NCBI GenBank assembly: GCA_964496765.1
Contig: CAZCAP010000008.1
Location: forward strand, 1,646-33,645
DNA: 32,000 nucleotides
Origin: an uncultured archaeon
Lineage (GTDB): Archaea > Iainarchaeota > Iainarchaeia > Iainarchaeales > CSSED10-239
Direction: 5' to 3'
Shown here: positions 15,201 to 23,719 of the stretch, piece by piece
How positions within the stretch are numbered: the stretch's first letter is position 1
Layout: each line of letters begins with the position of its first letter
Made by a program: the position numbers and the translations under genes
The notes under the pieces: generated by a model
What the model was told of the DNA's origin: nothing
What the model saw: the letters and a program-made list of their open reading frames with translations, nothing else
The model's database searches: none

Positions 15201-17945
15201 TTATACTTTATATCTTAGAAAAGCACCTAGTCCACCAAATGTTTCAAAGAATTGCTTTCCTTCTGGAGATTCAATTGAAATTAGTTCAACCTTAGTGCTT
15301 GTTTCTTCTGCAATCTCAACAAAGTAATCAAAGATATCTAGTTCTTCAATTAATTCTGAATCCTTGCCACAGGAGGAACAAACAATTGTTTCTTTCTTTT
15401 CTTCTTTTTCTGGATCTCTAATTATTTTATAATCAATATTGTTACACGAATTGCACTTGTACTTGTTTGCCATCCAGGTTATTCCTTCGGAGAGGAGGAT
15501 GCTATCCACTTGTCCAAGATTTAATGCATTCATTACCTCTCTATAACCATAGGTCGCAAGTTCATTCTTAGCAACCTTTTCAACAAACTTATTAACAAGT
15601 GCTCTTTCCTTCATTACTCCTACTTCTTTTAGAATATCTCCAGATTTATCAAGTATTTCTTTTATTCCTGATTCATCTGTGTAGGATGTGTCTATTGTTC
15701 CAAGAACCTTATCTCTTAGTCTATGATCAAGATCTCCTGCTTCTAAAAACCAATTTTTAGAATGCCCTGGTCCACCAACCACGATACCCTTAAGCTTTTC
15801 AATACCAACAAAGGTTGCATTTACTTTTTCTCCAACTCTTTTGTAAAAGTCCTCTTCAGCTTTTTCTCTAAGACGCTCGAAACGATGTGATGAATTATGA
15901 ACAACAAGCCCATTCGCAATAAAATTTTTATTTTTTACTGTGATGTCAACCATAGAGGTTGATGTTTGTTTTTGTATATGTATTTTACTTATTTTAACAG
16001 GAATTACTGGGTAATCCATTATCTTTTTTAGATCTATATATAATTTTTTATCTTTGATTTTCTTTAAGATTGAACTTTCAAAGGTTGCTTTACCCATCAT
16101 TCTTTTGTTATTAAAGAAAGCACTAACTTTTGGGAATAATTGAAGATTATATCCTTTTGTTTCAATTAATTTTCTAATAAAACTACCAGACATAATTATT
16201 TGTCTTGATCGTTCCATATTTGATTTTTTAGTGATTACTTTGTCAAGTATTATTTGTTTTTTCTTAGATGTAAATCCAATTTTTTTCTTAAATAATTGCA
16301 ATGATGCTTTTTCAGTAATTGATATTGTAAATCTATGATTATCCGTGTATGGGTTCATATAATTATCATATTCAACGAGTGATGAAATTATTGAAAATCT
16401 TAATAGAACTAATTGTATTTGCTGAGCCAATCTCTTGTTATTTATTCCAAAACCAACTCCTCTATCAAGATTAACATATCCTTCCGCATCAAATAATCCT
16501 TTTAAGAAGCTTGCAAGAATACTGTTTGGAGAACACAATATTTGTTTTGGAATTAATGTATCTCTTGCTTTCTTTAGCTCAGGGAATTCTTCTTTAATTA
16601 ATCTTACAAGAGGCCTGCTTGTAAATCTTAATTGATGATAATTTTTTGTCTCTCTGAATCTATAACTTGAATTTACTGAAAAATAAGAATCATATTTCTT
16701 TTTATATGCCAAAGCAACATCTTTATTCTGTTCAGAGAAGGAGATTCTATCCTCTTCAAAGTTTCCATCTCCAGCAAAATACCCCATAAACTGAGCAAAC
16801 ACTATATCTATTTTGGTTGGAAGCTTAATATTTGTATAAATTGTATTTATAGTGTATTTTTTTAAAAATGTAGAATAGTTTATTTTTAATTTATTACAAA
16901 TATTTTTTAAAAATTCTCTATTTATATTTACTTTTCCAATCTCAACACCTGAAATTGCAGTTTGGGTAACTCCTAAACTTTTTGCAAGTTCTTTTTGAAA
17001 TAGCTTTCTTTTTTCTCTTTCTTTTTTTAATAAACTTTTTCCTTCTTTTGTGATTGTAAATGAATTATAATATTTTTTTGAATCAATTACTTGAATAGTT
17101 CCTTTAACATCTATTTTTTCAGGCATTAATAAAGTATCTCCTTCTTTAAGATCTTCTGCTGTCTTTTCAATAACTTCAGTTCCTGTATGAACGAAGAAGA
17201 GATGATCTTTGCTGGATTGGATTTCAAGTCTTGGTTCCTTTGTTATAATTGTATAAATTTTGTTCTTCTTTACATCCCATTTGTTTGAAACTACAGAATC
17301 AAATAGATTATAATTATTAAAATTTATGGATTTAACATCTTGATTCTTGGATAGTTCTTTAATGTCAATTATGTTTCCATCAGCTAATTGAACAAATGCG
17401 TCTTTTAAACATTGACCTCCAGCACGTGATTTACCTGGAACAGCAGATGTTTCATTACTTATAATTTGAATTGCTTTCCCTCTAAGAATAGCAAGGGTTG
17501 CTTCTCTCTTATCAACAGCAATAAAACCATAAACTTCGTCTGTTTCAGCCATCTCTTCTAGTGGAGTTGTATGAAAAGAAGAATCACACCAATAAAGCTT
17601 GGTTGTTAATCTCTTTGGTGGAATAATTTCAAGAAGAGTAACATCTGATTTGGATGGATTAGTTGAAACGTCTCCTGAAAAAAGAACTAATCCATTTTCT
17701 GGAAGCTTGAAATCTATTTGTCTTAGATAATTAATTATTCTTTTTAGAGCTGCTTGAACATTTTTTCTAGTCTGAGAGCTCTTTATGTTTGATGATTGAC
17801 TTTGCTCATCAGTTAATTGCTTAGTAACTGTGCTTCTATCAGCATCAGGAGGAAGGTACACACTTATTAATTGGGTTCCTGTTCCTTTAAACTTCTTAAT
17901 TGCTTTTAATTTCTTTTTTAATAATAATAAATTTGTTTCATCCAT
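15201..17945 (-). CDS. prf1: Peptide chain release factor aRF1, interrupted by an in-frame intein
   Basis: N-extein residues 1-178 carry NIKS (SSNIKSSQ), YWCDSSF and ...PGKSRAGGQ. C-extein residues 685-914 start SSHRFERLRE and continue through the aRF1 middle and C domains. The exteins sum to 408 aa, a normal aRF1 length. Confidence 0.95.
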   Translation of the reverse strand: MDETNLLLLKKKLKAIKKFKGTGTQLISVYLPPDADRSTVTKQLTDEQSQSSNIKSSQTRKNVQAALKRIINYLRQIDFKLPENGLVLFSGDVSTNPSKSDVTLLEIIPPKRLTTKLYWCDSSFHTTPLEEMAETDEVYGFIAVDKREATLAILRGKAIQIISNETSAVPGKSRAGGQCLKDAFVQLADGNIIDIKELSKNQDVKSINFNNYNLFDSVVSNKWDVKKNKIYTIITKEPRLEIQSSKDHLFFVHTGTEVIEKTAEDLKEGDTLLMPEKIDVKGTIQVIDSKKYYNSFTITKEGKSLLKKEREKRKLFQKELAKSLGVTQTAISGVEIGKVNINREFLKNICNKLKINYSTFLKKYTINTIYTNIKLPTKIDIVFAQFMGYFAGDGNFEEDRISFSEQNKDVALAYKKKYDSYFSVNSSYRFRETKNYHQLRFTSRPLVRLIKEEFPELKKARDTLIPKQILCSPNSILASFLKGLFDAEGYVNLDRGVGFGINNKRLAQQIQLVLLRFSIISSLVEYDNYMNPYTDNHRFTISITEKASLQLFKKKIGFTSKKKQIILDKVITKKSNMERSRQIIMSGSFIRKLIETKGYNLQLFPKVSAFFNNKRMMGKATFESSILKKIKDKKLYIDLKKIMDYPVIPVKISKIHIQKQTSTSMVDITVKNKNFIANGLVVHNSSHRFERLREKAEEDFYKRVGEKVNATFVGIEKLKGIVVGGPGHSKNWFLEAGDLDHRLRDKVLGTIDTSYTDESGIKEILDKSGDILKEVGVMKERALVNKFVEKVAKNELATYGYREVMNALNLGQVDSILLSEGITWMANKYKCNSCNNIDYKIIRDPEKEEKKETIVCSSCGKDSELIEELDIFDYFVEIAEETSTKVELISIESPEGKQFFETFGGLGAFLRYKV
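15894..17411 (-). mobile_element. Intein (506 codons) with LAGLIDADG homing-endonuclease domain and XRE-type HTH
   Basis: It starts with Cys179 (codon 17409-17411, CLKDAFVQLADGN) and ends ...FIANGLVVHN (Asn684 codon 15894-15896), followed by Ser+1. LAGLIDADG motifs are FMGYFAGDGNF (16758-16793) and FLKGLFDAEGYV (16473-16511). A block-B-like His is present in SSKDHLFFVHTG. Confidence 0.9.
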
Positions 17946-17995
17946 AAATATACCTAGTTTATCTATATAATATCTGTTACGATATATAGAAATAG

Positions 17996-18412
17996 CTATC
18001 CATTAATAACTTCAGTTATATAAAATACTGACTTAACTTGATCATTTCTATAATCATAGGTTATTCTCAGAGAAGGATAGATAATCACATAATAATCAGA
18101 GTTGTTTATTTTGTTAACAAATGGATCTCCGATCATGTATGGCTTGTAGCTTGAAATAACCACAATTTCGTTATTTAATAGTTTTTGTATAACCTGTTCG
18201 TCCGTTGGTGCTTGATCTCCAATTCCAGAGATTCCTAAAAATAAAGAATAAACAAATAATATAATTATAAGTATAACTAGGAAAATCTTAATCCTTGAAA
18301 TAGAAGATAATTTACTTAATCTTTTTGAACTTCTTGGATGATTAATTATTACTTCAGTTTTTGATTTTTGGTTTTTACTTACAACCTTCTTTTTTGTAAT
18401 TTTCTTTTTCAA
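17996..18412 (-). CDS. Hypothetical N-terminally anchored membrane protein
   Basis: TTG start 6 nt after the stop of the upstream gene. Lys-rich N-terminus, one TM helix (IFLVILIIILFVYSLFLGI) and a ~70-aa extracytoplasmic domain. No family recognised. Confidence 0.5.
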   Translation of the reverse strand: MKKKITKKKVVSKNQKSKTEVIINHPRSSKRLSKLSSISRIKIFLVILIIILFVYSLFLGISGIGDQAPTDEQVIQKLLNNEIVVISSYKPYMIGDPFVNKINNSDYYVIIYPSLRITYDYRNDQVKSVFYITEVING

Positions 18413-18418
18413 GTTATT

Positions 18419-18886
18419 TCACTCCAGACAATTATCATAATCTTGACACAATGATGCTTCCTGATAGGGGAAGACAATTGTTAGTTTGTTTTTGATTTTG
18501 TTAACTGAATACTTTGGAACAAACTTGCCCTCAGATTTATAGAAGATACAAGCAAGATCAATTGTTTTTATTGTTTTTTTAATTAATTTTATTTTTTTTG
18601 CAACTTCTTCTCCTCTGTTTTCTTCAAAAACATCATCAACCAGAAGAACATCTCCTTTTAGATCAAAGAGACAAGTAATTGCTTTATCAATAACATACTT
18701 ATTGTTTATTAGTTTTGCAGAAATTACTCCAAGAGGAACATCTAATATGCCTGATAGAATTCTTCCAAGCAATAGTCCACCACGAGAGATACAAATAACA
18801 GCACAGTATTTCTTATTTGAACTAATTACTTTTTTTCCAAGCTCAAGACTTAGAGATTCAAACTCATTCCAAGATGTATAATACAT
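18419..18886 (-). CDS. Phosphoribosyltransferase-like protein (Gpt/Hpt-like fold) with degenerate PRPP-binding loop
   Basis: The ATG at 18886 gives MYYTSWNEF..., like Gpt N-termini; the track start 18919 is TTG. ICISRGGLLLGRIL and VLLVDDV fit the type I PRTase fold, but the following loop is FEENRGEE instead of the usual xxTGxT. Confidence 0.6.
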   Translation of the reverse strand: MYYTSWNEFESLSLELGKKVISSNKKYCAVICISRGGLLLGRILSGILDVPLGVISAKLINNKYVIDKAITCLFDLKGDVLLVDDVFEENRGEEVAKKIKLIKKTIKTIDLACIFYKSEGKFVPKYSVNKIKNKLTIVFPYQEASLCQDYDNCLE

Positions 18887-19041
18887 ATGCCCTATAACCT
18901 CTATATATAATATGGACAAAAGTTATAAAAAGAGTGATATAAACCTCTAATCTTTAAACTTTAAAAAGTTAGTTTTAAAAATGCAACTTACTTTTATATA
19001 TCTACAAAGTTATAATTAAAATCTCAAGGAGAAGATGAGTT

Positions 19042-19626
19042 ATGCCAAAACCATTAAAAATTGCTATAAAGAAATTATTTGGAAAATCATTAACCTTTAG
19101 AGAAAAATGTGAAGGACTTGGAATTGAGAGGAATGGATACCTAAAAAAAATCACTCTCAATAAAAAAGACAAAACTAATAAGCATGATTTTCAATTAACA
19201 TTATTAGAAAAAAGAAAGTTCATGGTTAGAAGAGGACTTCAGAAAGCAGAAAAAAAATTAAAATTAGCAACTGAAATAATAAATAAACTAGAAAGTAAAG
19301 TTAGGAATCTGGGTTCAGCAATCTCTATTAAAGGAGATATAGATGTATTCGCACTCCGTCAAGTAGCAAAATACACTCCAACTCATTGGGAATACAGGAA
19401 AGTAGCAGTTGATGCAAGAAATTATGCAAAAATTAATTTCATAGAGGTTTACCAAGAATATATTAAAAAACACAAAAAGAAACTGGATGATATTAGTAAA
19501 ACTGATGTGCTAAATATATTACGTGAAGCTGGCAAAAAAAGAGAAAAAGTGCTTATTTATGGAGACAGAGTAATCGTTAATCTTCTAGGGCAAAAAAGTA
19601 CAAAAAGAAAAATAGCTGGATTATAG
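19042..19626 (+). CDS. Hypothetical Lys-rich protein
   Basis: ATG preceded by AAGGAGAAG. 194 aa, highly basic, with predicted coiled-coil-like segments. It overlaps the herA-like stop region by 6 nt in convergent orientation. No family recognised. Confidence 0.5.
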   Translation: MPKPLKIAIKKLFGKSLTFREKCEGLGIERNGYLKKITLNKKDKTNKHDFQLTLLEKRKFMVRRGLQKAEKKLKLATEIINKLESKVRNLGSAISIKGDIDVFALRQVAKYTPTHWEYRKVAVDARNYAKINFIEVYQEYIKKHKKKLDDISKTDVLNILREAGKKREKVLIYGDRVIVNLLGQKSTKRKIAGL

Positions 19627-21159
19627 GAAAGATTCAATATCTTTCTTTTCTTCTTCTTTTTTAGTCTCATAGCTCCTTGCTAAACCAGTTAATGTAACAT
19701 CAAGAATTGAATCCTGGGATCTCTTCTTTCGTACTTTAAAGAAAACAGGATAGTTGCTTGCTTCTCCAACAACTAGTGCTTCACCAACTCTAAGGGAAGT
19801 TATCATTTCTATTGATTTTGAATCAAGACCCTCACTTGATTCTCCAATATGCTTAAGATCGTAAGGGTTTGTAACTCTTAGAATTATATGTGTATTTGCT
19901 TGAGAAAGAACAGTTGTTGAAAGCCTAACTGGTCTTTGAGAAATTAAACATAGACAAGCACCAAACTTTCTACCCTCTCTTGCTATTGTTTCAAGTATAT
20001 TTTTTGCTAATGCTCTATCCTTTTGTGCCATCTCTGGAGCAAACTGATGGGCTTCCTCAACAATCAGAAGGAAGGGAGGAACTCTCTCCTTATTTACTCT
20101 TCCATGGAAGAGCTTGTGAGCAAAATAATAGAGAATTAATTGTTTCTTTTTTTGATTAATCTCGTTTGATAAATCTAAAATTGTTAGCTTACCTGGATGA
20201 ATCACATCATAGACGCTTGGAGAATCAACCTTTCCAAATAAACGAAGTTCAGATAACTCATACAATGCATTGATTAGTGGTTTTGAAATTGTATCCTTAA
20301 TTTCTGATGATTCAATCTCTCTAATTATGTCTTTTAAATCAAAAGGACCAGCACCGTGTTTTTTGTCTTCATTTAATTTCTTTATTGCAATTGAAAGTTC
20401 TCTTTTTTGAGCAGCAGAAAGAATTGTTAAAAGATTGGAAAGGAAATGATCTGATAAACCAGTAACACCAATTTTAATATCATTTGATTTTATTTTAATG
20501 GTCTTTGTTGAATAGTCTTTCTTTTCTTTATCTTTTGTTGGTTCAGAGAAATTAGAATATTCTCCATGAGTATCAACAAGCACTACTGCTATTCTTCCTT
20601 TGTCTTCTGCTCTATCAAGAAGCTCCTCAAGGATTACACTTGTTAAATAACTTTTACCTGCACCTGATTGAGCAAGGATAGCTAAATGCTTTTGAAGAAG
20701 GCGATCAAGATCAAAGGTAACCTGAAGAGATGGATTTTCTATTTCTCCTAGATTAAGTCCATCCTCTTTGAAATGAAGAAACTTTGAAAGAACATCCTTG
20801 TCGCAAACCTCAACCTTATCTCCTGGAGAAACAGGAAGAGTTGATCTTGCAAATCTATTTTCTATTGTTAGGACACCAAGAGGTTTAATAATACCCTCTA
20901 GAAATTCCCATTCATTTGCTGGGAATTGTTCAAAAATATTTATGTTATTTAGTTCAAATTCTTTTATTGATTCATTGTTTTCAAAATATCTATTTCTTTT
21001 AAGAACATCAACAACTAATCCAATTAACTTACCTTGAGAATAATTTATTTGAACGTATTGTCCCTTATGAACTAGTTTATTTATGCAAACAAAACTTATC
21101 TTAGAAGTGGATGGAGAATCATCTGTTGATATCACAATTCCAAATTCATTTTCTTGCAT
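19621..21159 (-). CDS. herA: HerA-like (DUF87/FtsK-HerA superfamily) ATPase with N-terminal HAS-barrel
   Basis: 512 aa. Barrel-like N-terminus (GQYVQINYSQGKLIGLVVDV), Walker A ILAQSGAGKSYL, Walker B FLLIVEEAHQFAP, and a C-terminal LISQRP...NTHIILRV. Confidence 0.8.
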   Translation of the reverse strand: MQENEFGIVISTDDSPSTSKISFVCINKLVHKGQYVQINYSQGKLIGLVVDVLKRNRYFENNESIKEFELNNINIFEQFPANEWEFLEGIIKPLGVLTIENRFARSTLPVSPGDKVEVCDKDVLSKFLHFKEDGLNLGEIENPSLQVTFDLDRLLQKHLAILAQSGAGKSYLTSVILEELLDRAEDKGRIAVVLVDTHGEYSNFSEPTKDKEKKDYSTKTIKIKSNDIKIGVTGLSDHFLSNLLTILSAAQKRELSIAIKKLNEDKKHGAGPFDLKDIIREIESSEIKDTISKPLINALYELSELRLFGKVDSPSVYDVIHPGKLTILDLSNEINQKKKQLILYYFAHKLFHGRVNKERVPPFLLIVEEAHQFAPEMAQKDRALAKNILETIAREGRKFGACLCLISQRPVRLSTTVLSQANTHIILRVTNPYDLKHIGESSEGLDSKSIEMITSLRVGEALVVGEASNYPVFFKVRKKRSQDSILDVTLTGLARSYETKKEEEKKDIESFL

Positions 21160-21176
21160 AATTAATTACCTATTTA

Positions 21177-21938
21177 TTATATATGTGCTAATTGTTTTTT
21201 AACCATTTGATTAAACCTAAGCTTTTGTTTTTTTAATTTTTGTTGAACCTTTCGTTTTTCTGTTTTTGGTAGGATTGCTTTTTCAAAACCAACTGCATTC
21301 TGAATATTTAATTTGCTTTTATAATCTATGGTTCTTCTTTTAATTGTGTGAATCTTTGAATGGATACCAAATGATGCTAGCCTATTTTGTATTGCTGTTG
21401 CCCAGGTGGACACACAAAGTTTTCTGTATTCCCCAAAAGCAAGAATGCGAACGTCCTTGCTTAACTTATTAATAAATGTTTTTGTCATAAACTTTGGAGT
21501 ACCAATGACATCAGGATTTCCATTGGCGTGTGGGTTATAATTACTATAGACCACCCTGTTTTTTAAATTTCTATTAGTGAACTCTGTGAATTTTGAAAGA
21601 ATTTGTTTTTGTAATTTCAGAGTTTTATAAAATTCTTTTTTTAGTTCAGAATATTTTTCAAAACTCATCTTGTGTTCATATCTATCATAGACCCCAATTT
21701 GGGGAGTGAAAATAATTAGAAGTGATGCTTCTTCTTTTGAAATTTTATTTATTTGATCTCCATATATTCCAATAATTTTTTTAAATTCATTTGTTGTGGG
21801 CTTGTGCTTTGAATTTAGTTTTTCAATAATTGGATTATCAATTAGATTATCTGTGACCTGCTTATAAAAACCTTGCATAAGAAAAAGATCATATAATGGG
21901 TGAACTAACAAATATATTTTATTATATTTTTCAACCAT
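21177..21938 (-). CDS. Hypothetical protein (alpha/beta-looking), immediately upstream of the herA-like gene
   Basis: ATG start; 253 aa; 17-nt gap to herA. No NurA or Mre11 motifs recognised. There is a weak resemblance to cysteine-hydrolase/isochorismatase strands (KIYLLVHPLYDLF; VRILAFGEYRKLCVSTWATAI). Lys-rich C-terminal tail. Confidence 0.5.
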   Translation of the reverse strand: MVEKYNKIYLLVHPLYDLFLMQGFYKQVTDNLIDNPIIEKLNSKHKPTTNEFKKIIGIYGDQINKISKEEASLLIIFTPQIGVYDRYEHKMSFEKYSELKKEFYKTLKLQKQILSKFTEFTNRNLKNRVVYSNYNPHANGNPDVIGTPKFMTKTFINKLSKDVRILAFGEYRKLCVSTWATAIQNRLASFGIHSKIHTIKRRTIDYKSKLNIQNAVGFEKAILPKTEKRKVQQKLKKQKLRFNQMVKKQLAHI

Positions 21939-21956
21939 GTTCTGCTACTCCTAATC

Positions 21957-22766
21957 CTATCTTATATAATTATTTCTCGCAGGTGAATCACTCTTAGGTG
22001 GATTGTTCATTTTTTCAATATCTTTTGAAATTTTTGAAAATGATTCTTCTATTTTTTTTGCACTATCGAGTATGGACTTAAGATCTAGCTTAAGCTCAGA
22101 AAATAATTTAAGAGTTATCTCAAGTATTTCTTTTGCTGATGCTGGATCCCCATAGGTAAGCTTGCTATCGGTTTCACCCATTAAACAAACACCAGATATT
22201 TTATAGTTTTTATAGGCAATTCCTGGGAGAAGTCCTGCTACTCCAGAAATTAGAGTATCCTTATTGTTTTTATCAAAATAAATATTAGTTAACTTCTTTT
22301 TTTCTAAGTCTGTTCTTGTTTTTTCATCAGAGGTGACACAGGCAACTCTTGGTTTTGTTTTCATTCTCTGGTCCCCAATATTTAATCCTGCAAAAGTATA
22401 TATTTCTTTTATTCCTGATTTTTTTGCAAAAGCAGCTATACTCTCAGAAAACTCATAGTGATCTTGAGAGTTTGGAACATTACCTAGTGCTGGTTGAACA
22501 GGTCCAACAAGGAAAAGATAATCTCTTTTTTTGCTTGAATAAACGTATAATTCATCGTGAATAATTTCAAGAACAGAATTCTTTGCATGAACAGCAGGAG
22601 GAAATGAATCTGAATAAACTTTAGCCAGGAGAATTGGTTTTGGTTTAAGCTCACTAACTAAATAATCAACAGCAATTTTGCCCACAAGGCCAATGCCAGG
22701 AAGGCCAGCTATAAGAACTGGGTTTTTTAATTTTTTTTTCAAGATTATATCTATGGTTGTACTCAT
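21957..22766 (-). CDS. PAC2-family proteasome assembly chaperone (PbaA/PbaB-like)
   Basis: PVLIAGLPGIGLVGKIAVDYL near the N-terminus and LFLVGPVQP are typical of archaeal PAC2 proteins. The track start 22775 is TTG; the ATG at 22766 is preceded by GAGG 12 nt upstream. Confidence 0.75.
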   Translation of the reverse strand: MSTTIDIILKKKLKNPVLIAGLPGIGLVGKIAVDYLVSELKPKPILLAKVYSDSFPPAVHAKNSVLEIIHDELYVYSSKKRDYLFLVGPVQPALGNVPNSQDHYEFSESIAAFAKKSGIKEIYTFAGLNIGDQRMKTKPRVACVTSDEKTRTDLEKKKLTNIYFDKNNKDTLISGVAGLLPGIAYKNYKISGVCLMGETDSKLTYGDPASAKEILEITLKLFSELKLDLKSILDSAKKIEESFSKISKDIEKMNNPPKSDSPARNNYIR

Positions 22767-22789
22767 TTGAATCAATTCCTCTAGTTAAT

Positions 22790-23551
22790 TTAATCAGTAT
22801 TATTTTTAATAATTTCTACACTTTCTCCTTTCAAGAATTTAGTTATGTCCTTTGAAATTAGGTCAAAGTCTTTTGATGCGATCTTATAATCTTTTGCAAT
22901 CACAATTATGGAATAACGCCCTGGTCCAACGTAGTTGAACTTTGAGTTAGGGTAATCCTTTTGTAATTTAAGTAGTGCTTTTCTAATTATTTCAATTCCA
23001 TTTGGTTCACTTGATGATACCTTTATTGTTCCGGTTATTATCTTGTCTTTAACAGTTATGTTTTTCGATAATAAATTGAACAATGTTTGTCTATATTTTT
23101 CTTCAATACCTGGATAGTAATCTTTACCATATTTTAATAAATTAATAAAACCTTTATAGAGACTAGATTCTTTCTCTAGAATTGGGTCCCCTATCTTTTG
23201 CCAAACATCTTCAGAAGTTAATTCTAGTTCCTTTGCAATTACTTCCATTAGGCTTTGAGCTCTTAAAAACAATCTATAGTCAGATATTTTTCTTTTTTCA
23301 TCAGCAGATGTCACTCTACTAAAAGAAAGATCAACGTGCTTTTTTTCTTCATCAACCTTTAGAACCTTTGCAGCTCTAATCTGTCCAACCTTAACATGAT
23401 TATGAATGTTTTTAATCCAGGTTGATGAGACTTGAGATATGTGAATAAATCCTTCAATATCATCAAATTCTAAAATATTTGCAAAAACTCCAAAATCAGT
23501 TATTTTTGTAATCTTACACACAACTACATCATTTAATTTAGGGTATTCCAT
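22790..23551 (-). CDS. eif2a: Translation initiation factor aIF2 alpha subunit
   Basis: N-terminal S1 domain (PKLNDVVVCKITKITDFGVFANILEFDDIEGFIHISQVSSTWIKNI), followed by helical and alpha-beta domains; 253 aa. Confidence 0.9.
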   Translation of the reverse strand: MEYPKLNDVVVCKITKITDFGVFANILEFDDIEGFIHISQVSSTWIKNIHNHVKVGQIRAAKVLKVDEEKKHVDLSFSRVTSADEKRKISDYRLFLRAQSLMEVIAKELELTSEDVWQKIGDPILEKESSLYKGFINLLKYGKDYYPGIEEKYRQTLFNLLSKNITVKDKIITGTIKVSSSEPNGIEIIRKALLKLQKDYPNSKFNYVGPGRYSIIVIAKDYKIASKDFDLISKDITKFLKGESVEIIKNNTD

Positions 23552-23719
23552 TTTTTTTTCAACTCATTTATATTCAATTATTATAAAAAGAAAATTCTTT
23601 TGTATTATATATAATATATACAAACTGTTTTTAATGTATATCTTTCCTAGAAATATATGGTTATTTGATTAAATAAAGAGCAAGCTTGTTTAAATAACAG
23701 GAATAAAGTAGAGACGAGT

